The position numbers and the translations under genes were made by a program. From the human T2T-CHM13v2.0 reference genome, Homo sapiens: a DNA stretch of 64,000 nt. Position 1 is the stretch's first letter; each line of letters begins with the position of its first letter. Location of the stretch: assembly GCF_009914755.1 (NCBI RefSeq), contig NC_060931.1. One strand, written 5' to 3'. Shown here piece by piece: positions 44,698 to 57,770 of the stretch. The notes under the pieces are model-generated. The model made no database searches. It was given only the letters and a program-made list of their open reading frames with translations, and was not told the origin of the DNA.

Positions 44698-45181
44698 CCT
44701 GAGCCCCTGCTTCCACTTCGGGCAGTTAGGGCATCGACAGGAGAGTGGCTCAGGTGATCAGGCAAGCAGGCTGGCCCAGCCAGGGAATGTCCCCACTAGC
44801 CTGATAGGCTGGGAGCAAGGGGACTGGTGGGGACGGGGCTGCAGGGAATTGGCTTGGGTGTGGGTGCCTTAGGGAGCTGGAGGCACAGGGCCCAGGAGGC
44901 TGGCCCCAGGAACAGGCCTTTATATGGACACTGAGGTCACCCTAAATGATGCCAGGGCATGAAGTGGATGGGGTGTGACCCGAGTGACCTGCTCAAGAGC
45001 CCCCTGCTAGTAAATGGTAGGGTGGCACACACCCAGGTCTGGGGCTCCTTAGAGGACAGCAGGTGGCCTTCCTGGTGAGGGTGTGACCTATGGGCACCTG
45101 CTGTCCTGCAGGACCTAGAACCTGAGCCCTTGCTCTTCCACTTCAGGCAGTTAGGGCATCGATGAGAGAGTGGCTCAGGTG
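44698..45181. repeat. Direct repeat of ~60 bp (44698-44756 vs 45121-45181)
   Basis: cctgagcccctgcttccacttcgggcagttagggcatcgacaggagagtggctcaggtg vs cctgagcccttgctcttccacttcaggcagttagggcatcgatgagagagtggctcaggtg. Confidence 0.93.
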
Positions 45182-45404
45182 GCCTGCAGTGCAGCTCGGC
45201 CCAGACGCTGCCATCATTCCTCCTTGCCTGTGCCTGGCCTCTGGGTGGCTGGGGAAGGTGTCCAACCCTGAAGGTGCCCAGGAAGCTGGGGAACACAGCG
45301 CAGCCTTCCAGGACCAAGGGACCTGCCCCCATTTCACAGTGACCGAGCCCTCACCTCCCCTTCTTGGCATGTTCTTCTGGGGCTGGCCACCTCCAGATGC
45401 CAGA

Positions 45405-45540
45405 AGGGTACAGTGGCTGTGAGATTTGGCTTCCAAAACACTGGGTTCAAACCCTGACTGCACCATTGCCAGCTGCGTGACCTTGGGCAAGTGGCCATCT
45501 CTGAGTTTCAGTTTTCTCATCTGCAAAAAGGGGACAAGAC
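45405..45540 (+). mobile_element. MIR
   Basis: ctgggttcaaaccctg...gtgaccttgggcaagt...tcagttttctcatctgcaaaa. Confidence 0.85.
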
Positions 45541-47027
45541 TTAGATTTCCCCTGCCAGTCACTTTCCTAATTAAAGCAGAGTCTGTGTTCACTGTTGGGT
45601 TCTCTGAGAGGGTGAGTGGCACATGGGGGTTTATCTGGGCATGCCCTCAGGATCCACACCTGCGGAGGGGAAGCAGGATTGGGCAGGAGGAGAGGCTAGG
45701 CTGCAGCACAGGCCCTGTGAAGACCTCCCCTGACTTCAGGGAAGCTCTGAAGTGGAGACAGCCCTGCAGAGCTCTCCAGAGTCAGCTGCTGAAGTGGTTT
45801 GCCGCGGGAAGGAGGTTTGACTTTGGATAACGTGACTTTCTTTAGTCAAGGACAGTTCCTGAGGAGGGATGAGGACTGTCAGGGTGGCAGCACTCCCAGC
45901 AGCTGGGGACTAAGTCCTTCTGTTGTAAAAGGGGATCTGGCCTGTGCATCACAACACGCCCTAATGCATCCATCAAACTACACTATTATTAGCATGGCTG
46001 CACACAGACAAGCAGGAACTTGGCTGGGATGAGCTGGCCAATGCATCGGTCATCGGAGCCTGTCCTGGGCTCAGCTCCTGCATGGACTGGCTGATTTGGA
46101 GGGGCCATGAACCCCCTAATACCATGTGAAAAAAACCTGAATATCTTTTCTGAGGTGAGAGTCCAATTTTTATCAGCTTCTAAAAGCACTCTGTGACCTT
46201 AATGTTTAGGAATCATTACTCTAGGGTCACATTTCAAGTAGAGAAGGAGGTTTCCTTTACCTTCCGCTCTGCATCCTGCCTCTCCCAGCTAACCATGTCA
46301 GGGAAGCCCCCTCCAGACCTCTAGAATCCTCTAGAATCCCTTCCCCCTCCGGCCCCTCCTCCAATCCTGTAACCACCACACCAGACCTAACCTAAGAGTT
46401 GTGTGTTTGCATCTGGATCTCAGTCCTGCCCTGCCATTCACAATCCACATGGCTTTGGCAAGTTTCTGAACTTCCATGAGCCTTAGTCTCATCTGTGAAA
46501 TGCAAATGGTTATACCGATGTGATAGCTACATCCTGAAGATGGATTCTATGAGATGGTTGAGGGAAGTGCCCTGCACATCATGTAGACCAGAGCAGGTAA
46601 TTCACAAACAAAAATCATTTTCTTTTGGGGGTTCAATCATCCTTTTCCCTTTCCTGTTTGCCTCTCCTAGCACACCTGAGCATAATTAGATAGCGCCTCA
46701 AAACCAGGATGGCTCAAGTCCAGCTGTTCCCAGCACAGGCCCTCACAGCTGGGTCTCTTCTATCTCCCCATTTGCAGTCCCCACATAGAAGCTGGAGCCC
46801 TCAGCAGGTGGCCTTGTTCCTAGGATCCTGAGAAAACATTTGATTCATAGGAACCACAAGTTACATCGGATGAATCCTTAAGCATTCCCAAAGGACATTC
46901 ATTCCCACCTGGCTCTCATCGCATCCCTGTGTGGTGGGCAGGGCAGGGATTACGTCTCCGTTTCCCAGAGGTGGGATGGCATTCCTCCAGGCATATCCAG
47001 CTTCCCAAACTCATGTGGTTCCAGTGG

Positions 47028-47390
47028 TGATGTGGTTTGGCTTTGTGTAAATTTCATCCTGAATTGTAATCCCCAGGTGTTGAGGGAGGAATCTGGTGGG
47101 AGGTGATTGGAACATGGGTGCGATTTACCCCAAGCTGTTCTAGTGATAGTGAGTGAGTTCTCACAAGATCTGATGGTTTCATAAGGGGCACTTCCCCCTT
47201 CACTCCCCACTTTTCTCTCTCCTGCCGCCATGTGAAAAGGTCCTTGCTTCCCCTTCACCTTCCCCTGTGATTATAAGTTTCCTGAGGCCTCCCCAGCCAT
47301 GTGGAGCTATGAGTCAATTAAAGCTCTTTCCTTTCTAAATTACCCAGTCTCGGGTATTTCTTTAGAGCAGTGTGAGAACAGAATAATACA
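47028..47390 (+). mobile_element. THE1 (THE1D-like) solo LTR
   Basis: tga..tggtttgg...gagtcaattaaa...aattacccagtctc...aataca; 5-bp TSD agtgg. Confidence 0.93.
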
Positions 47391-47419
47391 AGTGGCCAAA
47401 CTAAATTCTCATTTGGATG

Positions 47420-47640
47420 TCGTAGTGTAGTGGTTAAGAATGAGACATGTCAGCCAGACTTACTGTCTGGGTTCAGATCCCAGCTCTGCTACTTACTAGT
47501 TGTAGAACCCTGGATGTTTCATGTTACCTATCTGTACCTCAGTTTCTTCTTCTGTAAAAATGGGGAAAATAATGGCTTCTTTGTCATGGGCTGTCCCAGG
47601 AACAGATGTGCCTGCTATTGTGTAAATGTGAGCTCTTGTG
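47420..47640 (+). mobile_element. MIR
   Basis: gtgtagtggttaaga...ctgggttcagatcccagctctgc...cctcagtttc..ctgtaaaaatgggg. Confidence 0.88.
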
Positions 47641-48669
47641 TGAATGGCGTATTATTCGCCACTGCACCTTCTCGGGATTGGAGCCCACCAGCCCTTTCTC
47701 GCCACATTGAAGCATCATTCACTGTATTCTGTTTTTTCTCAAAATGTGTCAGTATTTTCAATGGGCTTCCAAGTGCTTCATTTAAGCCCTGGGCCCCATA
47801 CCCGCTTGACTCCTTAAACGTCTTGCATTTTCTTCTGTTTTTAATCATTTTCCCCAGCATTGCTTCCTTCCCCACAGCAACAGCTCTCCTCAACCATCAC
47901 CCTTCCCAGCAGCTGCGCGCAGCAGCTTCCCAGCTTCCATTCCCCTGACCCGGAAGCTTCTAAATAAAACAAAACCCCTTGGGCTCCTTGACTTTCCCCT
48001 TTCCCCTTACTCAAGCCCTTACTGTGGGCTCTGCGGGGGTTTATTTCCCTGAAGCTGCTCTCTTGAGGTCCCCATGGCTGCTCACGTCCTTCCTCAGAGC
48101 CCTCTCTCCTCGGCTGGCACCGTCCCTCCTCCCCACCATCCCCCTCTTCTTCCCCTTGTCCTCCTCCTCCTCCCCTACCAGGCGTCCATTACACTCTCCT
48201 AATCTGACCCCGGATTACCAGCCTGCTCCCCATCTCTAGCTCCTCCTCATCCCTGGGCCCCGTCCCAGTCCCCAGCGGGCTGTCCTGGGACCCCCTCTCC
48301 TCCCCCCTCCACCCTTGGTGGTCCCTCTGCTCTGCTCTCAGCTCCTCAAATCCTCCTGCCCTAACTCAGAGGCTCTGGGAGCTCCAGCTTCGGGCTCTGG
48401 CTCTGGGCGGGACTCTTCCCCTGCCGCCTTATTGGGCCCTCAAATTCAAGGAATCCAAGCACCAGATTAACATTTCCTCCTTGCCCCAAAATTAGCTCCT
48501 CCTTCTGGTTTCTTTTTGTGACGGTGGCTCTGTCCTCCCAGGCACCGCAAGGGACATCTGGGCCGCGAGGCCTCCTGCCCGCCCACACGCCCCCACCCCA
48601 GACGAGCCCTGCCCCCTCCTGCACTTTGCGTTTCTGTTCTTCCTGTTACACATCATTACCTAAAAATAA

Positions 48670-49650
48670 TTATAAAGTTAATTTTTGTTCTCATGGCGAA
48701 TTCTCATGCTCATGATAGACAATTTGGAAAATAGAGATAAAGACAAAGAAAACAATAGAAAGTACCCACGATTTCACCAACCAGAGAGACAGAATCACTG
48801 TTAATATTTAGGAAGATGGCCTTTCCTCTTTTAAAAAATTTATGCTGAATATAAAAAAATTTTTTAATTCTTTCAAATTAAAACCATCTATGCAAAGTGT
48901 TTTGTATCCTGATTTTGAAACCTATGTATCACGAACATTTCCACCTAGTTAGATATTTTACTACACCTATACATTTTATTCTAAAAATGTAAGCAATTTG
49001 CGCATTGGATAAAAACTTTAAAACATGTCATAGGTAGAAAATGAACTTGTAAGGGAAGATTTGTGCTACCAGAAATCAAAAACTATCTTAATGCTACAGT
49101 TAAGACTGTGTCTTAGTATAGGAATAGACAAATAGATAAAGAGAAGTGCATATGTGGAAATCTAATTCAAGACAAGAAAGAGCACTGCAGATTTGTTGGG
49201 ATAGATTGGGCTATTCAATAAATAGTGTGGGGACAATTGGTTTTCAATATAGAAAATAAAATAAAACTGTGCCCATACATCACATTCTTCACAAAACTCA
49301 ATTCCATGTATACTCAGTACTCTAACTTAAAAGGCAAAATTGTATAACTTTTAGAAGATAACAGATTATCTTTATGATCTCAGGCAAGGAAGGGTTTCTA
49401 AACAAGACACAAAAACATAAGCAATAGAGGATAGAACTGGTAGATCAGACTACATTAAAATTAAGAACTTCTGTTCATCAAATGAATCATAAGTAGAGTG
49501 AAAAAAGTCAAAGTCACAAATTGGAAGAAAATATCAGCCACGTATGAAGCCAGCAAAGGCCAAATGCAGCTAATAATATATAAAGACCTTCTATAAATCA
49601 ATAAGAAAAAGATAACAAAAAGAGCAATAAACAAAAGACACAACATTTTG
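48670..49650. mobile_element. L1ME fragments (antisense 3' end, then sense ORF2)
   Basis: aatttggaaaata..cactgttaatatt; ctattcaataaatagtg..ggacaattgg, ctacattaaaattaagaacttctgttcatcaa. Confidence 0.75.
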
Positions 49651-50220
49651 CTCATTGTTCAGCATATATTTATTGAAACCTACTGTGTACTGTGCAGTGT
49701 TTTTACATCCTGGGGTATATTAATAAATAAGCTAATAAACCTCTCTGTCCTCATGGAGCTTGCTTTCCAGCATGGCAACACAGACAATAAACAATAGACA
49801 GAAGAAATAAGCAAATTATAAAGTATACTAGAGGGTTAATGTGCCATAGCAAAAACAAAAATAGAGGCATAGAAGCCAGTAGAGAAATCGAGAGAGAAGG
49901 CAGTTGCAGTATTAAATAAGGGCATCAGCACATGCCTTGTTGAGAAGGTGAGATGTGCACAAAGACTGGAAGGAAGGGAGGGAGAGATCCAGGGATATTT
50001 GGGGGAACAGCATTCCAGGCATAGGGAACAGCCAGAGCAAAGGCTTTAACATGCCTGGTGAGTTTGAAGAACAGCAAGGAGGCCAATGTGGCTGCAACAG
50101 AATGATGGAGGGGAAGAACGGAGGAGAGGAGGCTGGGGAGAACATAAGCCAGCACAACATGGTCTTCTCTGCTATTGTAAGAATTTCAGTGTGACTCAGA
50201 GAGAAATGGGAAGCCATTGC
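49650..50220 (-). mobile_element. L2 3' part
   Basis: ttcagcatatatttattga..cctactgtgt; gcattccaggcatagggaacagc; gaacagcaaggaggccaatgtggctg. Confidence 0.88.
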
Positions 50221-50759
50221 TGCAAACATGAGCCTTGCTGGTGATGCATGCCACGTGGAGAGACTGAGAGGAAGGCCCCACCCTTTCATTCTGACTGTAG
50301 TTGAATTTCCATTCAACTTCAATAACTTCCTTTATCATTTTTTGTATGCTTATCTGCTGACAATGAATTCTCTTAGCTTTTATTTTATTTTACTTTTTGA
50401 AACTGTATTCCCTCATTTTTGAAAAACATTTTCACTGGATATAGAATTCTGTGTTGATAGGGTTTTATTTTCTTTTAGCAGGTGAAGGATGTTGTTCCAT
50501 AGTCTCCTCATCATCATTGCTTCTTATGGGAAGTCAGCTGTCACTTGTAGTGCTTAATGTGTCCTTCTTGCCCTCCCCCCACCTCTGGATGTTTTTAAGA
50601 TTTTTCTCTTGTGTTTTAGTTTTCAGGAGTTTGATTATGATGCGGCTAGTGTGTTTTTCTTTGTATTGACCCTGGTTGGAGTTCCCTGAGTTTCTTAGAT
50701 CTGTACATTCATGTTTTTCACCAAATGTGTGGGAATTTTCAGCCATTTTTTGCTGAAAT

Positions 50760-51078
50760 GACTGGGTAATTTATAAAGAAAAAGAGGTTTAATAGACTCA
50801 CAGTTCCTGTGGCTGGGGAGGCCTCACAATCATGGTGGAAGGTGAAAGTCATGTCTTACATGGCAGCAGGCAAGAGAGAAAATGAGAGCCAAGTAAAAGA
50901 GGAAACCCTTACAAAACCATCAGATCTCTTAAGACTTATTGACTACCATGAGAAAAGTATGGGGAAAACCACCCCCATGATTCAATGATCTCCCACTGGG
51001 TCCCTCCTTCAACATGTAGGAATTATGGGAGCTACAATTCAAGATGAGATTTGGGTGGGGACACAGCCAAACCATATA
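50760..51078 (-). mobile_element. THE1 (THE1B/C-like) LTR, partial
   Basis: actgggtaatttataaagaaaa...gaggcctcacaatcatgg...gggacacagccaaaccatat. Confidence 0.9.
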
Positions 51079-51984
51079 GATAACTTACATTGTTTCATGG
51101 GTCAGTTGGTCTCTGGTCATTTTTTAAAAATTATTTTTTCCTATGGTCTTCAGACTGGATCATTTCTGTTGATCTGTTTTCAAGGTAACTGTAGGCCCTT
51201 TGTTCTGCAGCCTCCAATCTGATATTAAGTTTATCCAGGAATTTTTAATTTTAGATCTCATAGTGTTCAGTTCTAGAATTTCCATTTGGATCTTTTTTAT
51301 AGTTTCCAATTTTCTGCTAAAATTCTTACATTTGCTCACTCGTTATGTATATCTTTTTCTTTTAAATCCCTGACCATATTTATAATAGCTGTTTAAGAGT
51401 CTCTATCTACTAATTCTAACATCTCTGTTATTTGGAAGCCTGTTTCTCCCAAATATGTAACCATAGTTGTTACAATAAACAACTGTGGGTCTATTTTGCT
51501 TATCATGGACCACATTTTCCTGCTTCTTTTCATGTCTAAAGATGTTTTATTATATGCCCAGTATTATGGATGATACATTGTAGGGAATCCAGTTTATATT
51601 TTCTTTCTTTAAAAGGTATTGAGTTTTGTTCTGGAACACATTAAATTACAGGTGGATCATCCTGATCCTGCCAGACTAGTTTTTTTTTTTCTTTGCTATG
51701 TGTTTTTTCCTCAGTCCCAGAGTACAGCACCTACTCTAGGGTATGGTTGTTACTCCTAAAGGTGTGGTTTTTCTGAGATTACTCCTAGATGCTTGAAGTG
51801 CTCACTGAGGTCTCACTACTCTTTGCTGGACTAGAACTTTGTCTCTGGGCCCTGCATGAACTGTGGTAACCCTGTTCAGCTCTCAGCTCACAGCAGCCAC
51901 TCTCTGATGGGCTTTGTGAAGTCTTTCCCTGTGTATAGCAACCTAGCCCTTAGCCAATCACCCACCAGGAACCCCTGTAGATGC

Positions 51985-52220
51985 TACAGTTTCCTTCTCA
52001 CAGTTCTAGAGGCTAGAAGTACCAAATGAAGTTGTCTCTCTGTATGTCCAAATTTCCTCTTAGAAGGACACCAGTCAGATTAAATTAGGGTCCACCCTGA
52101 CAATCTCATTTTTAATTTAATAACCTCTTGCCAGGCCTTATCTCCAACTGTAGTCTGAAGGACTTGGGGTCAGAGCTTCAACATACATATTTTGGGGGGA
52201 CACAGTTCAGCCCATAACAG
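51985..52220 (-). mobile_element. MLT1 (MLT1A-C-like) LTR, internally deleted
   Basis: tctcacagttctagaggctagaagt...aaggacaccagtca...gggacacagttcagcccataaca. Confidence 0.8.
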
Positions 52221-53531
52221 GTATACTGGCCCTCAAATTCCAGCCATTTCAGCAGCCCCGCAATCTGATCTCTGCCATCTAGAAAGTGCTGTGGGTAGAA
52301 ATGTAAGGCAAATGCAGTTCTCACCTCATGTATTCCTCTTTCTCAACAATTACAGTCCTTCGGTGAAATGCTCTGCTGTGTGGAAAACAAAAACCAACAC
52401 CAATTCCAGTCCTGTGCAGGCTGTGACCCAGTGACTGGAAACAGTTGTTCTGTATGTTTTGTTGTTCAGGTCTTGAGGGCGAGCCCAGTACTAGTGACTC
52501 CAACATGGCCAGCAGTGAAAGCCCAGCTGCAGGTTTTTGCATTCTTTGCCCCAGCTAAGTGGTAAAAATTACTCCCAATGCCAAATGGACTTTCCACACC
52601 GTGAGTTCAGGTTTTCTTTCCCTCATGCCACAGTCATGCTGTGGCACCCAGCAAATGGCTGGCACCCATTGGCCTCACTTGCCTCAAGTCTCCGCCCCAG
52701 TGTGCCTCGACCTCCCCATCCTACAGACCTTGCATGGGGATTGGGCAAAAAACACCTTCCCCTTCACTTTTGTCATTGCTTTTCCTCCTTTGGCTTTATT
52801 TATTGCCCTAGAAAGAAGAAAGTCAGATTGCTACTGGAGGTAGGTCTGATGGGGAAATAGGCAGAGAGACCGAGGCAGGGACAGAAGAAGAAGACAGAGA
52901 CCTAGAGAGGGAAATCCAAAGGAAAATAGTGAGGCAGAAGGAGAGGGGAGGCAGAAGAGGGTGGGAGAGGCAGCAGGTGGCTCTTCTTCAGGGCTTCATT
53001 TAGGCCTGTGCTTTGGGCCCCAAGTCTGGGTACAACCTTCGCAGAGACAGAATCATGACTTCCCATCTATTCTCCTAGGGATGTGCCAGGGTCCAGGGCC
53101 CTGGCTGGCTAATAGTAGAGACAACCTGATGGTGGGTTTGCCTCCTGACTGTGGGTAGAAGGAGGTCAGGAGCAACTTTTCAGGGCCTCTTACATTCTTG
53201 TCCAGCAGCTGCCCCATGGCTGAGTCTGGAACCGCAACCCAGGAAGCTGTGTGGGTCACTGGAGGCCTTCTTGCCAGCCCAGATGAGGTCACTGTGTGGT
53301 GGGCAGGGCCTGGAGAGTGAATGCCTCTTCCAGAGCAGGCTGCCTCCTGGACAGAGCTGGAAAACCAGCCCAGATTCTCTGCTCCCCTCTCCCTGTCCCC
53401 AGACACTCTTCAGACCAGCTCCTCTGCTTGCATCTGTTTGAGCCAGCTCCCAGCTACCTGGCCATCCCCTTGCCCACAGTTATGAGCCCCCAGAACATCT
53501 CTGAGAGTTTCTCCAGGCAGGTCCAAGAGCG

Positions 53532-53761
53532 CAGCTCCCTGGGCCACTCCTAGGGTCCAACAGCATAGTTTCTGGGGCCACTCCTAGGATGCAATAGCAC
53601 AGCTCCCTGGGCCACTCCTAGGGTGCAATAGCATAGCTTCCAGGGCCACTCCCAGATGCAACAGCACAGCTCCCTGGGCCACCCCTACAGTCCAACAGCA
53701 CAGTTTCTGGGGCCACTCCCAGATGCAACAGCACAGCTCCCTGGGCCACGCCTAGGGTGCA
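53532..53761. repeat. Minisatellite, 33-34-bp unit x ~7, alternating A/B variants
   Basis: cagctccctgggccactcctagggtccaacagca / tagtttctggggccactcctaggatgcaatagca. Confidence 0.95.
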
Positions 53762-54358
53762 GTGTGTTCACCAGCTGCGCCATTCTGTGTTGCCTCTTGT
53801 TCCCTGCAAGTTCAGGGGATGATGCCTCCAGACCTGGTCTTCACTTGCAATGGGGAAGAGTTCTGTCTGCACATGTGAATATTTGACCTTTGAGAAAAGT
53901 TCTTTCTCCCTGAGGTCAGATTCCCCCAGTGAAGGATGACAGCTTTCAGATTTTGAGGCCCCTCCCTTACCTCACAGTCCAAATTCCCAGATATAGCAAG
54001 TTCAGACGGGTGGAGTGGGCATGGGAGGTTGGATTTCTATTAGCATCAGAAAGAAACCAGGAAACTCTAAGATTATTAATAGAATGGAATTCTATAAACA
54101 GCCATATGTCGATTCATACACCATTCAGGGTATACAATAGTTATTTTTATCTAAATTATTTCCTGAACAAGAATAAGATTCAGATGTTAAATTAAACAAC
54201 TGTTACTCTATTTAGTTTCATTTTATGGCTAATGAAACTATGAAGACAATAAGAACTTACAATAGATCCAGAAAATATTATTACTGAGCTGATAAAAAGA
54301 GTATAAATAGTGGCCTACAAATTAATGAGTAAAACTTGAATAAGAAATATTTCTGTTT

Positions 54359-54670
54359 TGCCGGGCACAGTGGCTCATGCCTGTAATCTCAGCACTTTGG
54401 GAGGCCAAGGTGTGTGGATCATTTGAGCCCAGGAGTTTGAGACTAGCCTGGGAAACATGGCAAAATCCCATCTCTACCAAAAATGCAAAAATTAGCTGGG
54501 TGTGGTGGTGTGTGCCTATAGTCCCAGCTACTCAGGAGGCTGAGATGGGAGGATCACTTGAGCCCAGGGGGTTGAGGCTGCAGTGAGCAGAGATCATGCC
54601 ACTGCACTCCAGCCTGGATGACAGGGTGAGACTCTGTCCCCCACACCCCCGCCAAAAAAAAAAAAAAAAT
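54359..54670 (+). mobile_element. Alu (AluJ)
   Basis: Full Alu; TSD agaaata(t/c)ttctgtttt. Confidence 0.95.
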
Positions 54671-55095
54671 AGAAATACTTCTGTTTTAACATGAACTAAG
54701 GATGATAAACACTAAATGGAGAAAATTACCAGGGACAGCTTGTTCTCACGCAGGTGATAAATCAAGAAATATGAAACTAAAATGAAGAAAGATGTAAAAA
54801 GTCACTCACCAGGTGGTAAAGTCACAATATTATAATGCCTACTATGTAACAGCATCTATAGTATGCAGTAGTAGGTGGGATGCCCATTTGAAGAGACCCC
54901 TTCCCAGAGCTCTCTGGAAAGAGAAGGTCATTTGAGGTCATAGCAATTATAACAGGAATACAGAGGCTTTAAAGGGAGATCTCAGTTACTGCTGGCAAAA
55001 CCCACTGCCACTCATGAGGGCCCAAGAGCAGTAAGAGTCAGCCTCTGTAAGTGGCAGCAATGTGGCTCGTAGAAGAAGACACAGGTCCAACATCA

Positions 55096-55476
<381 letters not shown>

Positions 55477-55594
55477 TCAGTTTTCCATAGACACTGACCA
55501 ATCTTCCACCTTATGTTGACCTGAATCTTAGAATACTTGCAGACTCTGGATCCAGAGATGACCTCCAGTTTCCTGCCTCTAGTCCTTCCATCTT

Positions 55595-56610
55595 ACCTTC
55601 CTCCTCCCCTCCTCCCTTTGTCCCTCTCTCTCTCCTCCTTTCCGTCTTTCCTCCCCTCCTCCTTTCTTTCCATCCTTCTTTCCTTGTTTAATTCCTCCCT
55701 TCCTTCTTTCATTCCATCAACACTTACTATGGTTACTGGGCATATAGCAGCTAACAAGATGACACTTCTGTCCTCATGGATTTATAGTCCAGTGGGACAG
55801 ACATTAAACAAACAAAACTATCACAGTGGTACGTATGTATTTGCAAAAGGAGATTAAGTGCTAGGATGTAGTACAGGGTGCTATGTAACCGACTAACAGG
55901 GTGGATTGAATTTGGGTGCTGGGAAGGTCTCGCAGGGGGAGTGATAATTAAGCTCCCTGTGGCAGGCTGCATGGGAGTTATCCAGGCGGAGTAGGAGGGA
56001 GGTTGTTCCTGGCAGAGGGGACGGCAAGGGCAAAGGCCCAGAGGCAAGGAGCTGGGAGACAAAACACTGGGAGACAGGGAAAGACTGACACAGGAGGAGC
56101 CGGGGAGTAGGCAGGTGATCAGGAGTGATTTAATTTTAAGAGTGGCAGGAAATGATTTAAAGGTTTCTTAGGCAGTGGAGGAGCTTAAGCAGATTTGCAT
56201 TAAAAAATTAGAGCCACTCGGAAGGCTGAAGCAGAAGCAGGAGAATCCTTGAGCCCAGGAGTTGGAGTCCAGGCTGGGCAGCATAGGGAGACTCCACCCC
56301 CCCGCCCCATCTTTAAAAAAAAGAATTTAAAAAGTTACTGTGGATGCAGAGAAGCGCATGGATTAGTGGGGCAAATGTGGGTTTGGAGTGACCAGGAAGA
56401 ATGCCACTGTGGCCAATAAGATGGCGAGGGCACGGTGGTCTTCTACAGGTCAGGGCAGTAGGGTGGCAGGAGACACGTGGGTAGATTCAGAAGACGTTTA
56501 GGAGTTGGACCCTGAGACTTTTGAGAAACGGGGGGTGAGGAAGTGAAGGTGGCCGCGGTGGCAGGAGCAGCCAGGAGGATGGAGCCTCCCTTCACTGAGG
56601 TAGGGACACC
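55595..56610 (-). mobile_element. L2 3' part with CT-rich tail, interrupted by an Alu monomer (56215-56323)
   Basis: ttcattccatcaacac, ctgtcctcatgga, ttcctggcagaggg..ggcaaaggcccagagg. Confidence 0.8.
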
Positions 56611-56659
56611 CCCTCCTTTGTGTCTGAAACTCTCCCTGTTTTACAGTTAAAAGGCGTTA

Positions 56660-57360
56660 GCGCTGGCCTTTGAGACAGACTCACTGAGCCACCCAAGGTC
56701 ACCCGGGCAGCGGGCACAGTTGGGACTGAACGCAGGGGCTCTACCTGTGCCAGGTGTCCACACCTCGGTGGCGCTCGGCCGCCTGACCTCCTCTTGGAGT
56801 TCCCGGCTCAGGGCAGGGGGTCGCGTCCCTGCGGTCTCTGGAGGCCACGCCCCACCCGGGCCCACCGGGGTGGGCGTGGCTACGTGGCTCCTTGGCGCTG
56901 AGGCGCCTCCTTCCCAGGTGGGCGGGGCTCCTGCCGGGTCGGTTCCCGCAGGCTGCCCGCGGACCCCAGCCACTTGGCCAGGCTGCAGGGACAGTGCGAG
57001 GAGGCGCTCAGCCTGGACCACAGCGGAGGTGTGCAGGACTCAGCGAGGCCCCCAAGCTTGTAAGCCTCCTTCCTCCGCCGGCTTCTCTGTCTGCCTCCCA
57101 CTGTCCCTATTCTGCCCTTCACAGATCGTTGTCATTATCAAGTCCTACACTTTGAGAGCAGAAAACGACCCCGTACGTGGTGGGTCTCCGACATCTGTTT
57201 ATTACGTTGGACCGCATGCTGCATATGATCCAGCCACCTCGCTCTACTCCTGTGGCTGCCCTTCGTCCTCGTCGCCGGGACCCCTCTCCCTGCCTCCCAG
57301 ACGACCTGTGCCTTACCCCTTCCTGTCTCTTATATTCTCATAAATTTGCTGCCTCCTCTC
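56660..57360. promoter_or_regulatory. Small CpG-rich patch (orphan CpG island-like)
   Basis: Dense CpG, GC boxes (gggcggggc, gggtgggcgtggc); CpGs persist into the adjacent L2. Confidence 0.6.
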
Positions 57361-57770
57361 CTACGTCCGTCCTTCGGGGTCAGCCTCCATCCATTACCTC
57401 TCAGCAGCATTGCGAAGCCTCTGTTTTCTCCCCGACTTGCAGCAGCCTCTCCCTCCTCCAGTCAATTTCGCAGGTTTTTCCCAAAACCTTCAGAGACTGC
57501 CCATTGCCTGTAGAGGAAAAGCAGGCTCTTCGCCTGGCACGGACCACCAAGGTTTGCCTGAACATCCTTTCCCACCTTTTCTCTCACTTCTCCCCTTCCT
57601 GTGCCTACAAATCAGCCCCTCTGTGTATGTCTCGGCCTTGAGCCTTGGCTTCTGCCATTCTCTCTCCTCCTCCTCGTCTCAGATTAAAACCCCTCCCATC
57701 CTTCCCAGCTCAGCTCAAATATTACCTCTTTGGTGAAGCCTCCTTTCCTCCTCCCCTTCACCCCTTTCAG
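57225..57770 (+). mobile_element. L2 fragment
   Basis: gatccagccacctc, aaaaccttcagagactgcccattgcct, cagctcaaatattacctct..gtgaagcct. Confidence 0.7.

Larger units (their letters stand above)
50320..52450 (-). mobile_element. Old L1M 5'/ORF1 region, antisense, with THE1 and MLT1 insertions
   Basis: ORF 50534-50746 gives L1 ORF1-like KHTSRIIIKLLKTKTQEKNLK; ttcagttctagaatttccatttgg. Confidence 0.8.

Noticed and set aside
53532-53761. 33-34-bp repeats as CRISPR-like
   Set aside because: No unique spacers; an ordinary minisatellite in eukaryotic DNA.
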